DNA of 64,000 nucleotides from Patescibacteria group bacterium (GTDB lineage Bacteria; Patescibacteriota; Patescibacteriia; JACRDY01). A program made the translations under genes and the position numbers. The notes under the pieces were generated by a model that worked only from the letters and a program-made list of their open reading frames with translations, was not told the origin of the DNA and did no database searches. Positions within the stretch are counted from its first letter, which is position 1. Each line of letters starts with the position of its first letter. Positions 36,586 to 44,357 of this stretch are shown here, piece after piece. The DNA lies in NCBI GenBank assembly GCA_041653535.1, contig JBAZFH010000003.1, forward strand, positions 2,771 to 66,770, written 5' to 3'.

Positions 36586-36626
36586 GGTCTGATCCAAAAT
36601 TATGGGTCTAACCACTAACCACTAAT

Positions 36627-37010
36627 ATGTTATATAATAAAACAATCATTGATCACTTTACTCATCCGCGCAATCAAGGAAAAATAAAAAATGCTGACGG
36701 TGTCGGCGAGGCAGGAAATCCTATTTGCGGCGATATCATGAAAATTTATCTCAAGGTAAAAAAACAAGGAAGTAAAGAAATTATTTCCAATATTAAATTT
36801 CAAACACTTGGTTGTGCAACGGCGATTGCCAATTCTTCGGTTTTAACCGAGATAGTAAAGGGGAGAGACGTAAAAGACGCCTTAAAAGTTACTAACAAAG
36901 ATTTGATAAAAAAACTTGGTGGCGACGTGCCAAGGGCTAAAATTCATTGTTCTTTTTTAGCTAAAGAAGCCCTGGAGGCAGCGGTTAAGGATTATCAAAG
37001 TAAAAAATAA
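36627..37010 (+). CDS. iscU: Fe-S cluster scaffold IscU/NifU-N
   Basis: DHFTHPRN.G, GNPICGD, GCATAIANSS, KIHCS. Confidence 0.92.
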   Translation: MLYNKTIIDHFTHPRNQGKIKNADGVGEAGNPICGDIMKIYLKVKKQGSKEIISNIKFQTLGCATAIANSSVLTEIVKGRDVKDALKVTNKDLIKKLGGDVPRAKIHCSFLAKEALEAAVKDYQSKK

Positions 37011-37014
37011 TTAT

Positions 37015-37305
37015 ATGATTAAAAACAAGGTTGCGAAAAAGGTTAGAACTAAAACCGGGTCAAAATTGCCGACAAGTGATTTTAAAAAATACGTTCAAGC
37101 TGCCTTAGCTGTTGCGCGACCTAGTTTACAAGCCCATGGCGGTAATATTAAGCTAGTTTCTGTAGATGAAAAAAAAGGTTTGGTTAAGGTGAAGTTGCAA
37201 GGGATGTGCGTTGGTTGTTCTATGGCGCAAGTAACACTTCAGCAAGGTATTGAAAATTTTTTGAAAGAAAAAGTAAAAGGGGTAAAAAAAGTAGAAGGGG
37301 TTTAA
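37015..37305 (+). CDS. NifU C-terminal (Nfu) domain protein
   Basis: RPSLQAHGGNI.LV...LQGMCVGC...TL..GIE. Confidence 0.9.
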   Translation: MIKNKVAKKVRTKTGSKLPTSDFKKYVQAALAVARPSLQAHGGNIKLVSVDEKKGLVKVKLQGMCVGCSMAQVTLQQGIENFLKEKVKGVKKVEGV

Positions 37306-37333
37306 ATTATTTTAAGGTTTGTAGCTATTATTT

Positions 37334-38521
37334 ATGGTGCAAAAAAATAAAATATATTTTGATCATGCAGCAACTACACCAATCGATCCCGAGGTATTAA
37401 GGGCGATGTTGCCGTATATGAAGGAAAATTTTGGTAATGCTTCGTCGCTTCATACTTTTGGTCAAGATGCGGTGAATGGTGTTGATCGTTCGCGTGATGC
37501 GTTAGCGCTGTTTTTTGGTTCTTCCGCGCAAGAAGTGATTTTTACTTCTGGCGCAAGCGAAGCTGATAATCTTGCTATTATTGGCATTATTAAAGCAAGT
37601 AAATTAGAAAAACCCCATATTATCACTTCCAATATTGAGCATCCGGCTGTTTTGGAAGTGTGTAAAAATCTGGAAAAAGAGGGTAAGGCTGAAATTTCTT
37701 ATGCTAAGGTAGATAAAAAAGGATTGGTTTCGGTCGAAGCGATAAAAAAATTGTTCAAAGATAATACCGTTTTAGTAACGGTTATGTATGTTAATAATGA
37801 AATTGGTACAATCCAGCCAATTCGCGATATCGGAAAGATGATAGAAAAGGAAAATGAAAAAAGAAAAAATAACAAGATTTATTTTCATACTGACGCCGTG
37901 CAAGGAGCGAATTATTTAACATGCAATGCGGATTATTTGCATGTTGACATGATTTCTTTGTCTGGGCATAAAATTTATGGTCCGAAGGGAATAGGCGCTT
38001 TGTATGTTCGCCGTGGTACGCCAATAAAAGCTTTTCAGTATGGCGGTCATCAAGAGTACGGTTTGCGACCAGGCACACTCAATGTTCCGGCCATTGTTGG
38101 TTTTGGCAAGGCAGTAGAACTTCTTGGCGATAAAAAGCATAAAAAAGATAACGAAAAAATAAAAAAACTACGTGATACCCTTTGGCATAAAATAGAGGAA
38201 AAAAAACTTAATGCCGTGCTAAATGGAGACGAAGAACAACGCGTACCCAGCAATTTGAATGTTAGTTTTAAAAACATTGAAGGCGAAAGCGCTCTTTTAA
38301 TGCTTGACATGGAAGGTTTTGCGGTGTCAACTGGATCGGCTTGTGCTTCGGGGTCATTGTTAGCCTCCCACGTTTTGTTGGCCTTGGATCTTTCTCACTT
38401 GGATGCACATGGTAGTCTGCGTATTACCCTAGGTAAATATAATACAGAAAAAGATATTGATGATTTTGTCAAAGTTATTCCAAAAATAGTAAGTAAACTG
38501 CGGAAGATAGCTTCTCAATAA
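37334..38521 (+). CDS. iscS: Cysteine desulfurase (NifS/IscS class I)
   Basis: YFDHAATTP, FTSGASEADN, HTDAVQ, SGHKIYGPKG, STGSACAS. Confidence 0.95.
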   Translation: MVQKNKIYFDHAATTPIDPEVLRAMLPYMKENFGNASSLHTFGQDAVNGVDRSRDALALFFGSSAQEVIFTSGASEADNLAIIGIIKASKLEKPHIITSNIEHPAVLEVCKNLEKEGKAEISYAKVDKKGLVSVEAIKKLFKDNTVLVTVMYVNNEIGTIQPIRDIGKMIEKENEKRKNNKIYFHTDAVQGANYLTCNADYLHVDMISLSGHKIYGPKGIGALYVRRGTPIKAFQYGGHQEYGLRPGTLNVPAIVGFGKAVELLGDKKHKKDNEKIKKLRDTLWHKIEEKKLNAVLNGDEEQRVPSNLNVSFKNIEGESALLMLDMEGFAVSTGSACASGSLLASHVLLALDLSHLDAHGSLRITLGKYNTEKDIDDFVKVIPKIVSKLRKIASQ

Positions 38522-38579
38522 ATTTGGTAAAAACCGTTAATTATGTTAAAATGTCTTTGTAAGGTATAAATGGGTATTT

Positions 38580-38969
38580 ATGATTTCCCAGCTATTTATT
38601 TTTTGGTCAAATCTCAAGACCCAACTAAGAGTTATTTATTTACAGGATAAGATAGCAATTTTCCTGTTTTTATTTTCTTTGATTTTAAATCTCGCGCTTT
38701 ATATTATTTTTATTGTATTTGTCGATTCCGGGACGGATCAGATTATTCTACACTATAATATTTATTTTGGCATCGACTTACTCGGAAGTTGGTACAATCT
38801 TTATATTATGCCGGCGGTAGGAAGCTTTTTGCTGCTAACCAATTTTTGCCTCTTATTTTTTGTTTATAAGCGCGAACAGATACTTGGATATTTCTTGGGC
38901 GCGGTATCAATTTTGGTCGAGCTGCTGCTTTTAATCGGTGGCAGTCTTTTATTATGGCTTAATTTTTAA
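38580..38969 (+). CDS. Membrane protein (DUF1648-like)
   Basis: Three TMs, 'ILHYNIYFGID..GSW' motif. Confidence 0.65.
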   Translation: MISQLFIFWSNLKTQLRVIYLQDKIAIFLFLFSLILNLALYIIFIVFVDSGTDQIILHYNIYFGIDLLGSWYNLYIMPAVGSFLLLTNFCLLFFVYKREQILGYFLGAVSILVELLLLIGGSLLLWLNF

Positions 38970-38977
38970 ACTATTTT

Positions 38978-40051
38978 ATGCAATATTTACCGGTGATAAA
39001 AATTGTTGTTCTGACCACTGCCGCTTTTGTTTTTTCTATGCTATGGACGCCGTTACTAACTCATTTTTTGTATAAATATAAATGTTGGAAAAAAACCGTT
39101 CGGACTGTCGCGCCGGACGGTAGCGCTACGCCTATTTTTAGTCAGTTGCATAAAGACAAAGAAACTAATGTTCCGCGAATGGGTGGATTACTCGTTTGGG
39201 TAACAACTTTAATTTTTTCTTTTGTTTTCATGATTTTTTGTCCGATCTTTTCTACTTGTTCCTGGTTTACTAATTTAAATTTTTTAAATAGGGCGGAAAC
39301 ATGGTTGCCGCTTTTTACTTTAATTAGCGCTTCTTTGATCGGACTGCTGGACGACATTTTGGTGGTTAAGGGTTTCGGTGAAAAAGGAAAAGGTGGCGGT
39401 ATTCGGTTTCGCCATCGGCTGTTACTGGTAGCTATTATTGGATTCGTAGGCGCCTGGTGGTTTTATTACAAACTGGGTTGGGACGTTTTACATATTCCTT
39501 TTGACGGGTCGCTGGTACTGGGTTGGACGTTTATTCCATTTTTTGTGGCGGTGATGCTGGCAATGTTTAGTACCAGTGTTACTGACGGTCTCGATGGTTT
39601 GGCTGGGGGATTGTTTGCTACGATGTTTGTGGCCTTTGGCGCGATCGCCTTTGCTTCTGGTAAATTTAACCTGGCAGCGTTTTGCGGGGTAATTGCCGGG
39701 ACGTTATTGGCTTTTCTTTGGTTTAATATTCCGCCGGCGCGGTTTTATCTAGGCGAAACCGGCATTTTAGGTCTTACGACCACTTTAGCTGTCGTTGCCT
39801 TTTTGACTAATTCAGTCTTACTTCTTCCTGTTATTGCGTTCGTTCCCTTACTTGAGTCGGTTTCTGTTATTATTCAATTATTCTCAAAAAGATTGCGCGG
39901 TGGGAAAAAAGTTTTTTTCTCTACGCCGATTCATCATCATTTTCAAGCGATTGGTTGGCCGGAATATAAGGTAGTGATGCGTTTTTGGCTGATCGGAGGG
40001 GTGACGGCGGTAGTAGGAGTAGTATTGTTTTTGATAGATAAGACGTTTTAA
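38978..40051 (+). CDS. mraY: Phospho-N-acetylmuramoyl-pentapeptide transferase
   Basis: VPRMGG, GLLDD, TDGLDGL, FLWFN..PARFYLGETG, PIHHHF. Confidence 0.95.
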   Translation: MQYLPVIKIVVLTTAAFVFSMLWTPLLTHFLYKYKCWKKTVRTVAPDGSATPIFSQLHKDKETNVPRMGGLLVWVTTLIFSFVFMIFCPIFSTCSWFTNLNFLNRAETWLPLFTLISASLIGLLDDILVVKGFGEKGKGGGIRFRHRLLLVAIIGFVGAWWFYYKLGWDVLHIPFDGSLVLGWTFIPFFVAVMLAMFSTSVTDGLDGLAGGLFATMFVAFGAIAFASGKFNLAAFCGVIAGTLLAFLWFNIPPARFYLGETGILGLTTTLAVVAFLTNSVLLLPVIAFVPLLESVSVIIQLFSKRLRGGKKVFFSTPIHHHFQAIGWPEYKVVMRFWLIGGVTAVVGVVLFLIDKTF

Positions 40052-40115
40052 AAATAAAAGAAATTATAAATTGGAAATTAAATGTTCTGGATAATTTTCA
40101 TTTTTCAATTTTTTT

Positions 40116-41495
40116 ATGAATCTAAAAAATAAAAAAGTATTAGTCATGGGACTCGGGTTGCACGGCGGAGGAGTGGGGGTTGCTAGATGGTTGGTTAAAT
40201 CCGGAGCTAAAGTTACTATTACCGACCTTAAAAACAAGGAACAGCTTAAATCTTCGATCGCTAAGCTTAAAGGATTACCCGTCAAATATGTTCTAGGTCG
40301 GCATAACAAAAATGATTTTATCAAAACAGATTTGATTGTCAAAAATCCTGGAGTTCCTGACGATTCAGAATTTCTTAAAATAGCTGCCAGAAATAAAGTG
40401 CCGGTTGATACCGACATTGCTTTGTTTGTCAAAAATTGCCCAGCGCCAATCATTGGTATTACCGGCACTAAGGGTAAAACCACTACCACCACCTTGGTTG
40501 GTGAAATTTTTAAAGCAGCAGGTCGTGCGCCAGTGGTGGCAGGAAATATCCGTGTTTCGCCGCTTGATTTTTTATCCAAGATAAAAAAAGACGGTTCGGT
40601 GATTCTAGAGCTGTCATCTTGGCAGCTAGAGGGTTTGGATGCTTGTGGTTTTAGTCCCCATGTTAGTTTGATAACTAATATCACTCCTGACCATCTGAAT
40701 CGTTACCAGTCTTTTGATCATTATGTCGCTGCAAAAGCTATAATTTTTCGTTATCAAAAATCAGATGACGTTTGTATTTTAAATCGAGATAACGCGCCGA
40801 CTAAAAAATTTGGCGCTATCGTGCCAGGCAAAAGGTTGTGGTTTTCCCTTAAATATTTTAAGGAAGAAAATGGTAGTTATCAAAAAAACGGTTGGATTTG
40901 GTTTCGTCATAATGGTAGGGAACAAAGAATTTTACCAATTAAAGAAATTGTTTTACCGGGAAACCACAATTTTTCCAATGTTTTAGCGGCGGTAGCATTG
41001 GCATCGATTTGCGGTATTAAACCTGGTGTTATCCGTTTGGTGGTTAAAAAATTTAAAGGCATTCCCTATCGATTGGAATTAATACGTGAATTACGTGGAG
41101 TGAAATATTACAACGATACGGCGGCGACGGCGCCAGATGGAGCAATTAACGCCTTACGCACTTTAGGCAAAGGAAAAAATATTGTTTTGATTGCCGGTGG
41201 TGCCGATAAAAAACTTTTTTTTAAAGATTTTGCTGCGGCGATAAAAAAGCACGTTAAAGCCACGATTTTGTTTAAAGGGAGCGCCACGCCAAAAATAAAA
41301 AGAGAATTACTAAAGGTTAATTATTGGGCAGTGACGGAAGTGGATAGTATGGTGGCGGCGCTTACCGCGGCAAACAAATTAGCTAAAAAGGGGGATATAG
41401 TTTTGCTTTCCCCCGGCTGTGCCAGTTTTGGTTTATTTATTAATGAATTTGACCGTGGCGATCAATTTACGGCGCAGGTAAAAAAAATAAAATGA
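40116..41495 (+). CDS. murD: UDP-MurNAc-L-Ala--D-Glu ligase
   Basis: GITGTKGKTTTT, ELSSWQL, DHLNRY, YYNDTAAT, LLSPGCASF. Confidence 0.96.
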   Translation: MNLKNKKVLVMGLGLHGGGVGVARWLVKSGAKVTITDLKNKEQLKSSIAKLKGLPVKYVLGRHNKNDFIKTDLIVKNPGVPDDSEFLKIAARNKVPVDTDIALFVKNCPAPIIGITGTKGKTTTTTLVGEIFKAAGRAPVVAGNIRVSPLDFLSKIKKDGSVILELSSWQLEGLDACGFSPHVSLITNITPDHLNRYQSFDHYVAAKAIIFRYQKSDDVCILNRDNAPTKKFGAIVPGKRLWFSLKYFKEENGSYQKNGWIWFRHNGREQRILPIKEIVLPGNHNFSNVLAAVALASICGIKPGVIRLVVKKFKGIPYRLELIRELRGVKYYNDTAATAPDGAINALRTLGKGKNIVLIAGGADKKLFFKDFAAAIKKHVKATILFKGSATPKIKRELLKVNYWAVTEVDSMVAALTAANKLAKKGDIVLLSPGCASFGLFINEFDRGDQFTAQVKKIK

Positions 41496-42598
41496 AATCT
41501 CTCGGACGCCAGCCAGACTATTTTCTTATCGGTGTTATTGCCATTTTGCTTTTATTTGGTTTAACTATCCTATCTTCAGCCGGCGCGCCTATTTCTTATC
41601 AGAAATTTGGCGATCCGTATTATCTGGTGAAACATCAAATATTGGTTGGCTTATTGCCTGGAATTTTTTTCTTTTTTTTCTTTTTACGCCTTGACTATGA
41701 TAAATTAAAAAAAATTGCTTTTCCCTTGCTGGTTGGCTCAATTATTCTTTTATCCGTAGTTTTTATTCCAGGATTACGTTCGGAATACGGTACGGCGCGA
41801 AGCTGGATAAATATATTTGGTTTTTCCCTCCAGCCGGCGGAAATAGTAAAGTTGTCTTTTTTGATTTATTTGGCTGCCTGGCTTGATAGTCGTAGCGAGC
41901 GAAAGGTACAAGACCTGAAAAGCGGATTTATTCCTTTTGTCTTGGTTCTAGGCATTATCTCGATATTGATGCTTTTACAACCAGATGTAGGTACGTTGTC
42001 GATTATTATTTTGTCTGCTTTGGTGGTTTATTTTGTCGGCGGGGGTAGCTGGCGACATATGATAATTATCGCAGTCGCTGGACTGGCTGGTTTATTAGCG
42101 TTAATAAAAATAGCCCCTTATCGTATGGCTCGTTTTACCGCTTTTTTGCATCCAGAAAAAGATCCGCAAGGGCAAGCTTATCATATTTGGCAGTCACTTA
42201 TTGCCATTGGCTCCGGCGGTTTTTGGGGTGTCGGGCTGGGGCACTCGCGACAAAAATTTTCTTATTTACCCGAGGTAACCGGTGATTCTATTTTTGCCGT
42301 GATTAGCGAGGAGTTTGGTTTTATCTTTACAATAATCTTTATCTTTTTACTTTTAGTTTTTGCTTATCGCGGAATACGGTTAGCCAAGTCCGCTCCCGAT
42401 CGTTTTGCCAGATTGTTAACCATTGGTATTATTTCCTGGCTAGTACTACAGTCTTTTGTGAATATTGCCTCCATGCTTTCGTTGATGCCGATGACTGGTG
42501 TCCCACTGCCTTTTGTCAGCTATGGTGGAACGGCGTTGATGACTTCACTTGCAGCAATAGGGATATTGGCAAATATTTCAAAGTTTAGTAAGATGTAA
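41492..42598 (+). CDS. ftsW: SEDS peptidoglycan polymerase FtsW
   Basis: SLQPAEIVK, QPDVGT, GVPLPFVSYGGT; located between murD and murG. Confidence 0.93.
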   Translation: MKSLGRQPDYFLIGVIAILLLFGLTILSSAGAPISYQKFGDPYYLVKHQILVGLLPGIFFFFFFLRLDYDKLKKIAFPLLVGSIILLSVVFIPGLRSEYGTARSWINIFGFSLQPAEIVKLSFLIYLAAWLDSRSERKVQDLKSGFIPFVLVLGIISILMLLQPDVGTLSIIILSALVVYFVGGGSWRHMIIIAVAGLAGLLALIKIAPYRMARFTAFLHPEKDPQGQAYHIWQSLIAIGSGGFWGVGLGHSRQKFSYLPEVTGDSIFAVISEEFGFIFTIIFIFLLLVFAYRGIRLAKSAPDRFARLLTIGIISWLVLQSFVNIASMLSLMPMTGVPLPFVSYGGTALMTSLAAIGILANISKFSKM

Positions 42599-42602
42599 TC
42601 CT

Positions 42603-43661
42603 ATGAAGATATTACTGACCGGTGGCGGGACTATGGGATCGGTTACGCCGCTGCTAGCAATAGTGGAAAATATGCGTGTTAAATATCCGGAGACGGAGTT
42701 TTTTTGGATTGGGACTGTAGATGGTCCGGAAAAGATGGTAGTGGATTCTTACAATATTTCCTTTGCGGCGATAAACAGCGGTAAGCTACGTCGATATTTT
42801 TCCTGGCAAAATTTTGTTGACCCGTTTAGAATACTTGCCGGTTATTTTCAGAGCCGCAAGATTATCAAGCAGTGGCAGCCAGATATTATTTTGTCAGCCG
42901 GTTCTTTTGTCTCTGTGCCTGTGGTCTATGCTAGCGGAAAAATTCCAGTGTTGATCCATCAGCAGGATATTGTTCCGGGATTAGCTAATAAGTTAATGGC
43001 AAAAAGAGCTGAGAAAATTACTGTAACCTTTTCTGAATCAGCGGTAATATATTCTAAAAATAAAACAGAAGTGGTTGGAAATCCGGTGCGACAAAGTCTG
43101 ATGTCTGGCAGTGTAGAAGCGGCGACAGAAATTTTTAGCCTTGAAGGTGGTTTACCGACTTTGTTGGTAGTCGGTGGCGGTACGGGCTCTTTGGTGTTAA
43201 ACGAAGCGGTGGTTGGCGCTGTACCGCAACTCACTACATTTTGCCAAGTGATTCATATTACTGGTGATGGTCGCGCTGTAGGGGGAGAAGTGGCGACGCC
43301 ACGATATCATCATTATGATTTTTTAGTTGATGAAATGAAAGACGCGTTAGCAGTTGCTGATGTAGTCATTTCTCGAGCAGGACTTGGTTTTTTGACTGAA
43401 CTGGCGGTTTTAGGAAAAGCAACAATATTAGTGCCGATGGCTGATAGTCATCAGGAGACTAATGCCAGTTATTTTGCTAAAAAAAACGCGGCGGTGATAT
43501 TGCCTCAGGGGCAGCTTGGTCCGGAAAGCATCGTCTCTTTTGTAAAATCTTTATTGGATAATCAATCAGATTTAGCCAACCTGCAACGTAATATCCGGTC
43601 ATTAGTAAAACCAGATGCTGCCAGCCGGTTAGTCGAGATAATTTTACAGTTGACAGCTTAG
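42603..43661 (+). CDS. murG: Lipid II GlcNAc transferase MurG
   Basis: TGGGTMGSV, HQQD..PGLAN, GNPVR, SRAG, HQETNA. Confidence 0.93.
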   Translation: MKILLTGGGTMGSVTPLLAIVENMRVKYPETEFFWIGTVDGPEKMVVDSYNISFAAINSGKLRRYFSWQNFVDPFRILAGYFQSRKIIKQWQPDIILSAGSFVSVPVVYASGKIPVLIHQQDIVPGLANKLMAKRAEKITVTFSESAVIYSKNKTEVVGNPVRQSLMSGSVEAATEIFSLEGGLPTLLVVGGGTGSLVLNEAVVGAVPQLTTFCQVIHITGDGRAVGGEVATPRYHHYDFLVDEMKDALAVADVVISRAGLGFLTELAVLGKATILVPMADSHQETNASYFAKKNAAVILPQGQLGPESIVSFVKSLLDNQSDLANLQRNIRSLVKPDAASRLVEIILQLTA

Positions 43662-43678
43662 TGGTAAAAATGTAGAAT
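43650..43678 (+). promoter_or_regulatory. Sigma70 promoter driving the tRNA-like / GIY-YIG / tRNA-Lys unit
   Basis: TTGACA-17 bp-TAGAAT overlapping the murG 3' end. Confidence 0.75.
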
Positions 43679-43762
43679 AACGCCGTGTTATTAAGTTGAG
43701 ACGATTAGTTGTTTTTTAGGCGTTATGTGGCTAAAAGCTGTGTAGTTTTTTCTAAAAGTTTT

Positions 43763-43794
43763 TAATTACTAATTATTAATTAATAATTAGTAAT
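43763..43794. repeat. Period-7 TAATTAN repeat forming a perfect 30-bp palindrome
   Basis: TAATTAC TAATTAT TAATTAA TAATTAG TAAT; 43765-43794 is ATTACTAATTATTAA|TTAATAATTAGTAAT. Confidence 0.85.
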
Positions 43795-43802
43795 CGTTGT
43801 TT

Positions 43803-43890
43803 GGGTGCTTAGCTCAGTGGTAGAGCGGGCCGATTTATCGGCCGCGTCGAGAGTCTCCGCCTCGGCTTTCGCCGTAGGCGAAATAGGCGA
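43803..43890 (+). pseudogene. Partial tRNA-Lys copy with anticodon arm and T-loop replaced by foreign hairpins
   Basis: 43803-43827 identical to the tRNA-Lys 5' 25 nt; 16-nt hairpin GGCCGATTTATCGGCC; GCGTCGAGAGT identical again; then CGCCT..TTTCGCC-GTA-GGCGAAA..AGGCG; no 3' acceptor strand. Confidence 0.85.
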
Positions 43891-43900
43891 TTTTCTAGGT

Positions 43901-44143
43901 ATGTATTTTATTTATATATTGAAAAGTTTGAAAGATTATGGTTATTATGTCGGTAGCACGGCAAATTTGGAAGAAAGACTTAAAAGACATAATCAAGGTC
44001 GTTCAGCGGCTACTAAAAGCAGGAGACCGTGGGAGTTGGTTTATTCTAAAAGGTTTAAAAGTAAAAACGAGGCAATAAAATTAGAGTATTATATCAAGAA
44101 GCAAAAAAGCAGTAAGTTTATAAAAGAGTTTATTAAAAAATAA
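43901..44143 (+). CDS. Small GIY-YIG nuclease family protein (80 aa)
   Basis: MYFIYILKS...YYVGSTANLEERLKRHNQG...TK.RRPWELVY...EAIKLEYYIK; start at ATG 43901. Confidence 0.92.
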   Translation: MYFIYILKSLKDYGYYVGSTANLEERLKRHNQGRSAATKSRRPWELVYSKRFKSKNEAIKLEYYIKKQKSSKFIKEFIKK

Positions 44144-44152
44144 TATTGTCGT

Positions 44153-44224
44153 GGGTGCTTAGCTCAGTGGTAGAGCGCCAGCCTTTTAAGCTGGGCGTCG
44201 AGAGTTCGATCCTCTCAGCACCCA
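44153..44224 (+). tRNA. tRNA-Lys(UUU), CCA not encoded
   Basis: GGGTGCT/AGCACCC acceptor stem, CCAGC-CTTTTAA-GCTGG anticodon arm, GAGAG-TTCGATC-CTCTC T arm. Confidence 0.96.
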
Positions 44225-44310
44225 TTTTTTATTTGTTTAAATCTAAGTTAAGGCAGTGGGGCGGATGGATTTTTCGGTAGCGTTGAGAATTTCCGTCTAG
44301 GCTTTGCCGT

Positions 44311-44339
44311 AACTGGGTAGCCAAAGTACCCGGTTTTTT
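44311..44339 (+). terminator. Intrinsic terminator after tRNA-Lys
   Basis: AACTGGGTA-GCCAAAG-TACCCGGTT followed by a T-run that overlaps TGTTATAAT (44339-44347). Confidence 0.7.
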
Positions 44340-44357
44340 GTTATAATACAAATAATT

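Noticed and set aside
43805-43900. N-terminal extension of the GIY-YIG ORF from GTG 43805
   Set aside because: It overlaps the tRNA-derived sequence; the family-typical start is MYFIYIL at 43901.
43803-44224. Prophage or integrative element attL/attR at tRNA-Lys
   Set aside because: No integrase or phage genes are present, and the duplicated segment is the 5' part with internal loop replacements rather than a verbatim att core.
44251-44340. yybP-ykoY (Mn2+) riboswitch upstream of the P-type ATPase
   Set aside because: The context fits, but I cannot find the conserved GGGGAGUA / CGUCAAUAC-type loop motifs; kept only as an unexplained structure.
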